Source: Octopus vulgaris (Eukaryota). Taken from it: a DNA stretch of 64,000 nt. Numbering within the stretch: position 1 is the first letter of the stretch; every line of letters begins with the position of its first letter. The translations under genes were made by a program, and so were the position numbers. The stretch is from contig OX597814.1 of NCBI GenBank assembly GCA_951406725.2, forward strand, positions 166,842,001 through 166,906,000, read 5' to 3'. Below the pieces are notes generated by a model that did no database searches, was not told the DNA's origin, and was given only the letters and a program-made list of their open reading frames with translations. This document shows positions 53,840-64,000 of this stretch, in pieces.

Positions 53840-55218
53840 GTATGTATGTATGTATATGTGTGTGTGTATGTATGTATGTATGTAGGTATGTATGTGTGTG
53901 TGTGTATGTATGTATGTATGTATGTATGCATGTATGTATGTATGTATATATCTATATATGTATCACAGTTATGTATGTTTGCAGATTATTTGATTATTTC
54001 TATAATCTGAAGACGTATTTCGTCATTAAATATCTCAACTTTATATGTAATTACATCTAATAACATTCATAAATTTAAATTTAAACCAAAGTAAGATCTC
54101 CGGAGTTGCGGTTAGTTGGCATAATTCTTATTGGCTTACAGAATAATAATTAAATGAAATGGATAAGCGCAGAGAGACGCTTACTCTTGAACCCATCAAG
54201 CTAGACTTAGATTTAAATGTATCTCTTCATCGGAAAAATCGTGTTACACACCGGTGATGTTCTGTTTAGCTGGGATTAGCCCTTTCCCAGTCCAAAGCAT
54301 TTTCAAAATCTTGTCCTAAACCTCCAAGCTTGTTTTCAGACTTTTAGTCAGCCATTGTGTCATACGTTCTGAATATCATAAAGCTTTCCTTTCATAAGTC
54401 ATAAGTTACTCTAGTGACTGAAAAAAATGTGGTAACGTGTATCATATGTGATTGCATGGAGCCAGGGAAATATATTCTGTATATCACATTTGATTCACAG
54501 GACAGGCAAAATGTTAAAACATCTGATCCGCGATGTAATTATACTACCCCATAGCCAGGCACCATTTCTGACCAAGAACCAAAGACTGTTAATATCTGAA
54601 TGATGGCGACAAACAACTTCATAATGAAGTTTGCTTCTTTCCTATTCATAATATAGTATTGTTGTATCATAGTCTCACCACATCACTTCCTTTTCCTTTT
54701 ACTTTTTATATTTTTTTCAATAGTAAAGTAGCAACGTTGCTTTCCTCTACTTCTTCTTTTTCAGAAGTAGAAGTAATTAAAGTACGGTGTTCCAGTCTTT
54801 GATCATAGGTCTAGTTAATCAGGACTGACCTGGGGCTAAACAGTGACACCACCACCACCACAACAACAACAACAACAACAACAGTTCATTGTAAGAATAG
54901 AATACTTTGGCATACTGCGAGGCAGTGACTTATCCAAGATTGGAAGATGACTGTAAATTATCAGATGGTTAAGACAGCGTAGGAGACACGAGGACTGTAT
55001 ACGAAGAATCTAGTCTAGTCTAGTTCTCTGCATTATACACCAATTCAACTACCCAGAGAAATAACACTTATTAAATATGCAGCAAGTGATTGCATGAATC
55101 CGCTTTTCTCTATAAGAAAAAAAAAACAAAACTTTTCTAAATTATGACAGACATATGTGAGTGTATATACACACATATATATCATATATATGTGCATATG
55201 TATGTGTGTATGTATATA

Positions 55219-55312
<94 letters not shown>

Positions 55313-55679
55313 CATACACACATACATATGCACATATATATATGTGTGCATATACAGAGAGAGAGAGAGAGGGAGGGAGAAAGGGAAAGAGACATAGAGA
55401 AAGAGAGAAACAGAGACAAGGACAAAAACAGAAATAGAAATCTATATAGCGTAAGAAGCGGAACAAAATGAAAAAAAATATAATCCAAATAAAAGTTTTT
55501 AGCTATAAATATCTTGCAGCATAAAAATATAATCACAATATATATATAGTCCCTTTCTCTGCCTTCTCTCTCATCTCTTGCTCCATCTCTCTCGCCTCCT
55601 CTCTCTCTCTCCACCTCTCTCTCCTTCTCTCTCATTATACTTACATCGATATAGTTGGTGCCAAGCTGAAATGTCAACA

Positions 55680-55860
55680 TCAACTAATCTCTTTCCTTCT
55701 TCTCCAGGCATCATTGATCGTCTGTCTGACAATTCAAACACACTCGATCTGGTTCCTCGCTTATTAGAATGAACTCTATTACCCAATCTCTTTCTTAGCC
55801 CACCTTGCCCCCTTTCACTCATTGTATCATTGTCATCACTGTGTCCTGCTATACTATTGA
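55680..55860 (+). mobile_element. Decayed Jockey/CR1-like LINE AP-endonuclease C-terminal fragment
   Basis: IIDRLSDNSNTLDLV then LAPFTHCIIV resemble PDRLGD..N.LDL..LG.SDH motifs. Confidence 0.5.
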
Positions 55861-56112
55861 ACTAAAACTGATACGATTCCAAGATGACAGAGCTAAACAT
55901 TAGTGTAAAGCAATCCTGTGAAATCGACTAACGACTCTTCTATAGCTTGGTGAACTGATTTCAAACCCTATCTTGTAGGGAAAATACTTGAGTTAGACAG
56001 ACGCCCTATCTGAAAGAGATTTGGACTCATTTACTTTGTTCCTGATTCAGAATATTACTCGTTACATCACTTCACAAACCAGAATTAAATCGTAAGTAGT
56101 AAACTGCAAACC

Positions 56113-56424
56113 TATTTCTTTACTAACCACCAGGGGTTAAACACAGAGGGGCCAAACAAGGACAGACAAACGGATTAAGTCGATTACATCGACCCCAGTG
56201 CGTAACTGGTACTTAATTTATCGACCTCGAAAGGATGAAAGGCAAAGTCGACCTCGGCGGAATTTGAACTCAGAACGTAACGGCAGACGAAATACCTATT
56301 TCTTTACTACCCACAAGGGGCTAAACACAGAGAGGACAAACAAAGACAGACAATCAGATTAAGTCGATTACATCGACCCCAGTGCGTAACTGGTACTTAT
56401 TTAATTGACCTCGAAAAGATGAAA
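56113..56424 (-). mobile_element. SINE family B dimer, 5'-truncated
   Basis: Junction GACGAAATACC|TATTTCTTTACT at ~56296. Confidence 0.9.
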
Positions 56425-56463
56425 CATCATCACGGATAAATAATCTCAGCCAAATGAGTGTCT

Positions 56464-56767
56464 GTTTCGTTGTTTGTTCCTTCTCGAGCCACGCCTGGTT
56501 CATAGGGCCGGTTTCCCGGTTTCCTCGGCGTATAGGTTCCCCACCTGGACGTAACGCCGGTCCGTCGCAAGTGAACTGCAAGAGGAAAGAGTGAGAGAAA
56601 GTTGTGGCGAAAGAGTCAACAGAAGTTTGCCATTAACCTTATGCCAGAGCCGCGTGGAGCTTAGGTGTTTCGCTCATAAACACACACACATCGCCGGTCT
56701 GAGATTCGAACCCACGATCCCTCAACCGCTAGTCCGCTGCTCTAACCACTAGGCCATGCGCCTCCAC
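56464..56767 (-). mobile_element. SINE family C, full length with TSD
   Basis: Near-identical to 6516-6817; TSD AAATGAG(T/C)GTCT at 56452-56463 and 56768-56779. Confidence 0.92.
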
Positions 56768-57043
56768 AAATGAGCGTCTCGCTCGACTACAACCGATTCC
56801 AACTCAATTGCTTTCATTACCATGAATCACTAATTATACTCTTTAATAGCTTCATTTTGTAATACAAATGTCTATATTTTACTTCTGAGAAGGCAATAGA
56901 TATTTTAAAAGAAGCTTTGTAAAGAAACGTATTTCCAAAGAGGACTTCTTTTATTTCCCAGAAATTATAAACATTTTATAGCCATACAAAAATGAATCTC
57001 AGACATCCTCCTCCTCCTCCTCCTCATCATCATCATTATCATC

Positions 57044-57107
<64 letters not shown>

Positions 57108-57707
57108 TCATCTACTAGCAATCGAGATGTTTGTTCCGCGTCACTTACTTTATAGCCAATTCTTTATTAGATATTAAATGACTTATAGCTTCTCGAAATT
57201 CAATATAGAGAAACTGGGCTGACCAGAAAACTTTGCTCTTCTTAAATAATGTGTTTTTTTTCCTCTTTGTTTCATAAGATATAAAGACGATTAGCTGCAT
57301 TGAATAATATAATGAACAGTTATCGGGTTCAAATCCGTTGTACTGAGTCGTCAATAAATTCGTTTATTATTTTTTTTTTCGTTTTCATTTTAATTATTCC
57401 AATGTTATTTGAATTCACACAAATTCTATAATTTTTTGTTGCTCTGTGCTTCCTTACAAATTCTATCTATGTTTTTTTTTTAAATAAATTGAATTAATTT
57501 TTATCTCTTTTCAGACATAGGACGATGAAGTGCTATGAAAAGAAGAAAAGAAAAAAAATAACGAACAGATTTATCTGACAATCCATTGAGCTTTCAGGCA
57601 AGATGCATAATTCTACGGTTTCTCAATTTATTTAGCCAGGGCGGGGAACGGGTAGCACGCCCAGCTTTCCTACGAAATATTGCGTGCAACAGAATATCTT
57701 CTTTCGT

Positions 57708-58275
57708 GGGGATGACGGCGGTGGTAATGATGGCGGTGGGGATGATGGCGGTGGTGATGATGGTGGTGGGGATGATGGCGGTGGGGCTGATGGCGGTGGG
57801 GCTGATGGCGGTGGAGATGATGGCGGTGGGGATGATGGCGGTGGTGATGATGGCGGTGGAGATGATGGTGGTGGAGATGATGGCGGTGGGGATGATGGTG
57901 GTGGGGATGATGGCGGTGGGGCTGATGGCGGTGGGGATGATGGCGGTGGGGTTGATGGTGGTGGGGCTGATGGCGGTGGAGATGATGGCGGTGGGGCTGA
58001 TGGTGGTGGGGCTGATGGCGGTGGAGATGATGGCGGTGGGGCTGATGGCGGTGGGGATGATGGCGGTGGAGATGATGGCGGTGGGGCTGTTGGCGGTGGG
58101 GCTGATGGCGGTGGGGATGATGGCGGTGGAGATGATGGCGGTGGAGATGATGGCGGTGGGGATGATGGCGGTGGGGCTGATGGTGGTGGGGATGATGGCG
58201 GTGGTGATGATGGCGGTGGGGCTGATGGCGATGGGGCTGATGGCGGTGGGGATGATGTGATGGTGATGGTGGTGA
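57708..58275. repeat. G-rich 15-bp minisatellite, about 36 copies of GATGG(C/T)GGTGG(G/A/T)G(A/C)T
   Basis: Strict 15-nt period with no indels; reads (D/A)DGGG on + and (S/A)PPPS on -. Confidence 0.97.
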
Positions 58276-58371
58276 TGTGCAAAACATTAAAAAAAACTCA
58301 GTTCAGCTTTGAACCTCTGAGTCCTTGTGACTTGTGAAAGGATTTAGCTGTAGCTTAAATTACTAACTTAA

Positions 58372-58678
58372 GGTACGTGGTTTAATGCTTAGGGTATTCG
58401 GCTCACGATCGTGTGTCCGATACTCGGCAGAGCTTTGTGTCTTGGAGCGAGACACTTTATTTCACGTTGCTTCAGTCCACTCAGCTGGCAAAAATGAGTA
58501 GTACCTGTATTTCAAAGCCTTATCACTTTCTGTGTGATGCTGACTCTCCCTGAGAAATGCATGAAGGGTACGCATGTCTGTAGATTGCTCAGCCGCATGC
58601 ACATTGACTCCACAAACAGGCTGTTCCGTTGATCGGATCAATTGGAACACTCATCGCTCTAACCGACGGAGTACCAGT
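58372..58678 (+). mobile_element. Diverged D-like SINE with a different 3' half (related 3' fragment at ~5945-6100)
   Basis: ACACTTTATTTCACGTTGCTTCAGTCCACTCAGCTGGCAAAAATGAGT shared with the 21708-21950 element. Confidence 0.75.
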
Positions 58679-58770
58679 GGAAATTTCTACTTTTAATTAT
58701 GATGTGATTTGAATAAGATGGGAGCCAACCTTTCCTTGGTCCTTAGTCTGATAAAATTTACCAACAGTAA

Positions 58771-58978
58771 GGTGACGAGCTGGCAGAAACGTTAGCACGC
58801 CGGGCGAAATGCTTAGCAGTATTTCGTCTGTTCTTACATTCTGAGTTCAAATTCCGCTGAGGTCGACTTTGCCTTTCATCCTATCGGGGTCGATAAATTA
58901 AGTACCAGTTACGCACTGGGGTCGTAATCGACTGACCCCACTCCCACAAAATTTCAAGCCTTGTGCCTAGAATAGAAA
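58771..58978 (+). mobile_element. SINE family B with tail type ii
   Basis: Full head and core; tail AAATTTCAAGCCTTGTGCCTAGAATAGAAAA. Confidence 0.92.
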
Positions 58979-59031
58979 ACAAAATTTATTTACAGTGCAA
59001 AGTAACGTGAATATTAAAATAATTCCCAATA

Positions 59032-59489
59032 GGCGTAGGAGTGGCTGTGTGGTAAGTAGCTTGCTTACGAACCACATAGTTCCGGGTTCAGTCCCACTGC
59101 GTGGCACCTTGGGCATGTGTCTTCTACTATAGCCTCGAGCCGACCAAAGCCTTGTGAGTGAATTTGGTAGACGGAAGCTGAAAGAAGCCTGTCGTATATA
59201 TGTATATATATATGTGTGTGTTTGTGTTTGTGTGTGTGTGTGTGTGTGTGTATGTGTGTGTGTGTGTGTGTATGTGTCTATGTTTGTCCCCCCAACATCA
59301 CTTGACAACCGATGCTGGCGTGTTTACGTCCCCGTAACTTGACAACCGATGCTGGTGTGTTTACGTCCCCGTAACTTAGCGGTTCGGCAAAAGAGACCGA
59401 TAGAATAAGTCCTGGGGTCGAGTTGTTCGATTAAAGGCGGTGCTCCAGCATGGCTACAGTCAAATGACTGAAACAAGTAAAAGAGTAAA
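59032..59489 (+). mobile_element. SINE family A, full length with an internal 37-bp tandem duplication
   Basis: Head to tail intact; CTTGACAACCGATGCTGG(C/T)GTGTTTACGTCCCCGTAA twice at 59301-59374. Confidence 0.93.
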
Positions 59490-61523
59490 CTGTTATTAAT
59501 TAAAGATAGAAAAAAAAACTCCATTGATACTTCTATTTTGTCTTTTGTGGATGATGAAACCTTTCGCCATTTTAGCCACCATTTTTACCATTCGTTGTTT
59601 CTAATATTCCCTTCGTGGTACGATTAACAATAACAACAAAAACGTAAAAACAAAATCATGTTGGGTACTGAAACGATAGTGATTAACTAATTTACTATTG
59701 GATATAACTTTTTGGATAACTAACCTTATAACCGATATAATTTACTAAATCCCAAGAAAGAGTATTTGACAAGAACCGTAACATTGGACTGATGTAATTT
59801 CTCTGACTGCAGCTCAATATACTGAGATGAAATTTCCAACAAGTGTTTAGTGTAAGCAGGTAGTGAAATCTACTAGTGTATCTATATCGTTGTAACCTGG
59901 ATATTACTTGGTCCCGGCAATTTTATAAAATTAGCATACCTAAGCCGCCATATTTAACGAATTCAGATTGCATTGAAGTAGTATTACATCAGGGGAAATA
60001 ACTAAATACATATTTCTTATCTTAATGAATACTTAGTAATATCTCATATTCTTACATTATTATAATTTAGAGTGTTAATTTGTAATATTACGATAATTAG
60101 CAAAAGTAGAGGCAAGCTGAATCACCAACTGATTGTGGTTCCTGGTTTTAACAATTCTGTTTCTATTATATTCCTATAAAAAAAAAAACGTGATATCAAC
60201 GTCATTCGCCTAGTCTCTTTTCTTTTTTTTGCGTTCTTTCTTTTTAATTATGTAAAACTAGTTTTCTAGAATAGAGGAAAATGATCTACGAGAGAGCTCA
60301 TATAAAATATACAACCACAGCAATAATCTCTCTCTCTTTCTCTCTTTCACACACACACTTACACATACACATACAAATTTTAAAAAATAGACCAAGAGCC
60401 CGTAAATGTTGAATTCTTCACTAGTCAAGGTAACTGTATTTAACGATTTCTTCTACAAACTCACCTTCAGAATAAAAGCAAGCTTCTGCTGAACTGAATC
60501 CGGTTTCAATCTGAAATTATTTCTAATCACCTTCATTGTTAACAGACACATGGTCGACCTTATTTGTCAGTTCTATCCCTCAGAATTACAAAGAAACATG
60601 TTTCTCATGATGGCTGTTGTGATCGTCAATGATCTTTCTTTATATCGTTCTTACACAATAAATTTGATGAGAAATTATGTTGCACACAACAGCGAATATG
60701 ACGAAGGTTTCAAGGTCGAAAACACAATTATAGACTTACAGAGCAGTTTCGATCTTTTATTCTCTCTCTCCACATTCAGTCCTTATAATGCATACAATGT
60801 CTTTTGCATTCCATCGGATCACCTGACTACAGCCTAATCAAGGGAAATTACCACCCGAAATTCTTGACCTTGAAGCCTCAATACTTCAATTCATCTGACT
60901 GGTTATAGTTACATGAGTTCTGCATTATGTTACCCAACTAATACGACTTAAGACATCAACCACCATAGCTAAGTAGGCGACCAATACTATTCTTATAACC
61001 TTATTTCTCTACATTTCTCATACAACTAAAATCCCACTTAAAATATCTCAAGGTCAATAAATCGATCAGTCCTGAACTTGTCTCGTATTACCTTCTAATA
61101 TTATGCTTCAGATTTATTGAAATGAATTTTGGCTAAAGAGAAAAACATGTCTAGAGTTTGGGAAAATTTGAGAAGGAAAGAAGAATTTGAATGAGAGTTT
61201 AACGAAAGAAAAATTTAATGAACCGAGAAGTGTCATGAAAGTGAGATGGCGCGTGCAGGAAGTAAAAATTAAATAGAACCCAAATTCTTCAAACTATTTT
61301 TTCTTTATTTGTAAATAACTATCAGTGTGTTCCATCCCCAAGAAAAGCATTCACTCTACCCTAAGGAACTCCCCATCTCCCTCATACCTAATATTTAAAA
61401 TGAAACGAAATCAAACCAACGTGATCACTTCCTTCATCACGTCTTCACTCTCTCCCTCCCTCACATATCATTTCACTTCGTTCTCCCTTCCCCCTCTCTC
61501 TTTTCTAAGTAACCATCAATACC

Positions 61524-61684
61524 TATTTCTTTACTACACACAAGGGGTTAAACACAGAGGGGACAAACAAAGACAGACAAACGGATTAAGTCGATTATAT
61601 CGACCCCAGTGCATAACTGATACTTATTTAATCGACCCCGAAACAATGAAAGGCAAAGTCGACCTCGGCGGAATTTGAACTCAG
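61524..61684 (-). mobile_element. SINE family B, 5'-truncated, with TSD
   Basis: TSD AGTAACCA(T/C)CAATACCT at 61508-61524 and 61685-61701. Confidence 0.9.
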
Positions 61685-61932
61685 AGTAACCACCAATACC
61701 TTTTAGGTAGAACTTTTGTTGTTTTCGGTATTAGAATCTCCGAGCTAAGTCCCTCGCCTTTGGTCTTCGTCTGTCACTCAACTTTTGAATAGGAAATTCC
61801 CTGTTTGATCCTGAAGTACTTTGAACCCTGCTTGTACCCAAGTTATGCCTCATACATCATTTCTTAATGAGCGACCTTACTTCACTTTAACCACACACAC
61901 TCACACATACAGAAAGAAGCCCACACATATGT

Positions 61933-61990
<58 letters not shown>

Positions 61991-62665
61991 ATCCTACACT
62001 ATGCATTTATTATCATCCTTCATTTCTCCATAACATCCAACACACAGGCATAATTCACACGAAACCTTGACACCTCACATCAGGCATACGTTGTTTGTAT
62101 GGAAGAGAAAAAATATTCCAGTGTGAACGAGGCAGTATAATCTCTCTCTCTCCGTACCTTCTGCCCTCCCTCTCCTCTTTCTCTCTCTCTCTCTCTCGAA
62201 GACACAATCACCTCACGGATTAAAGAAACAAGTCTACCTTTATATCTGAAAAACAATCGACTTCAAATGTAAAGGCACACTGAATAATGTATTCCAAGAT
62301 ATGCTCAGGATTGGCCTGTTTGGTGTTAAACAAGAACAAGAACAACAATAACAACAACAATTACGATGACAACAGCAGCAACATTAGCCAAGACTTCTTG
62401 AATCAAGTATTTATCTAACTTTCTTTAAATATTTAATCGAAGTTGCTTTCTGAGATGAAGAAATTCTAGAATAGAAAGCAGGGAAACATAAGTAGAGACG
62501 ATAATCGATAAATAAGAGGCAAAGCGAAGAGAAATAAAGAAAGTACAGAGAAGGACAATTGAATAGATAAGTGTAGAGAAATATATCATTCGACTGAAAC
62601 TTTCTCGTTCTTAAAGAGGTGATTAGAATACATGTAATGGCGGGGAGTTCACAGATGATATAAAA

Positions 62666-63070
62666 GGCGATGAGCTGGCAAAAACGTTAACACGCCAGAC
62701 GAAATGTCTATCGGTATTTCGTCTGCCACTACGTTCTGAGTTCAAATTCCGCCGAGGTCGACTTTGCCTTTCATCCTTTCGGGGTCGATTAAATAAGTAC
62801 CAGTTACGCACTGGGGTCGATATAACCGACTTAACCCGTTTGTCTGTCCTTGTTTGTCCTCTCTGTGTGTAGCCCCTTGTGGAGTAATAAAGAAATAGGT
62901 ATTTCGTCTGCCGTTACGTTCTGAGTTCAAATTTCGCCGAGGTCGACTTTGCCTTTCATCCTTTCGGGGTCGATTAAATAAGTACCAGTTACGCACTGGG
63001 GTCAATATAATCGACTTCATCTCTTTGTCTGTCCTTGTTTGTCCCCTCTATGTTTAGCAGTAAAGAAATA
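62666..63070 (+). mobile_element. SINE family B dimer
   Basis: Full unit plus headless unit joined at GAAATA|GGTATTTC (62897/62898); TSD AGATGATATAAAAG at 62653-62666 and 63071-63084. Confidence 0.93.
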
Positions 63071-63307
63071 AGATGATATAAAAGCTTACACATGCGCGCA
63101 CGCGCACAAATATGCACATATATACGATAGCCTTCTTTCAGTTTCTGTGTACGAAAGCTTTGGTCGGCCTGAGGCTATAATATATATATATATATATGAT
63201 TAATATATATATATATATATATATAATTAATCAAAGGACATACTAAGAATCACTGCTTTGCATGTTATAAGAAATAGCATATGTCGATGGTTTTATATAG
63301 CACTTCA

Positions 63308-63348
<41 letters not shown>

Positions 63349-63356
63349 AACAAACA

Positions 63357-63566
63357 CGGGGTTGAGGCAGAAAAGTTCAAGGCTTTAAGGGTATCATGAA
63401 AGGTTTGGCTGGAAGCCCAACCATCCGAGTTCTTTTACAGGGCTTAGAAAACTGAAGGACTATCGCAATAAGTGTGAATCTGAGAGGGGAATACGTTGAA
63501 TAAAATCAAAATTAACTGACCCTCTCGTATTTTCTTTTACCCAAAGGCAGGAACTTTTCAGCACCA

Positions 63567-63571
<5 letters not shown>
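63357..63571 (+). mobile_element. Mariner-derived MITE retaining the transposase C-terminus
   Basis: Imperfect TIRs CGGGGTTGAGGCAGAAAAGTTC / reverse complement CGAGGTGGTGCTGAAAAGTTC; encodes ..NLRGEYVE*. Confidence 0.8.
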
Positions 63572-63628
<57 letters not shown>

Positions 63629-63651
63629 TTGTGTGTGTGTGTGTGTGTGTA

Positions 63652-64000
63652 TCTATATATATAAAATGTTTTGCCTCTCTGTCTGTTCTCAATGCATTCT
63701 CAAACGGCTCGACCAAACCAAGTCAAATTTTACATGGTAATAGTAACAGACCCCAAGAGTGTCGACATGTATTTTTTTCATTTGGATTAAAACAATACAA
63801 CATTGCCACTGGTTCGGTATTACATGCCAAAAGTGAAAGAATAAGATCTATATTGTAATGTGATATAATATTGTTTCACTTTTATTTCTTTCACTTTTAA
63901 TTCTAATGTGATAAGACTATGATATTGTTTCACTTTTATTCTTTCACTTTTAACTCCTGTTGACTAACATAACGAGCGGCTGGCAGTGTAACTCTTGACA
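63652..64000 (+). mobile_element. Possible non-autonomous Helitron/DINE-like element 5' part with internal tandem repeat
   Basis: Starts A|TCTATATATATAAAA..CTGTCTGT..AAACGGCTCGACC..AAATTTT; ~55-bp tandem duplication at 63855-63955. Confidence 0.45.

Noticed and set aside
55571-55822. Minus-strand ORF MSERGQGG.. with perfect donor GAT|GTAAGT near 55642
   Set aside because: The opposite strand matches decayed LINE endonuclease motifs, a simpler explanation

Overview
AT-rich eukaryotic (metazoan) DNA saturated with microsatellites and short interspersed repeats. The repeat families look like those of an octopod cephalopod genome; this is inference from pattern, not verified. I found no intact protein-coding gene, rRNA, true tRNA or CRISPR array, and almost every entry in the ORF track is a microsatellite or SINE translation artefact. 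The window holds at least four tRNA-headed SINE families (about 50 copies or fragments), decayed LINE pieces (RTE, CR1/Jockey-like, Dong/R4), and a Penelope-like GIY-YIG remnant. It also holds several minimal hammerhead-ribozyme-like motifs in islands bordered by (TA)n, Tc1 (DD36E), Tigger and mariner remnants, and several MITEs, one carrying TTAGGG repeats. The most notable structure is SINE family B: it forms head-to-tail multimers enclosed by a single target-site duplication, with a recurrent junction in the loop of the head hairpin. A few possible + strand micro-exons and a Gly/Asp-rich 15-bp minisatellite ORF may belong to a large-intron host gene, but this is unproven.
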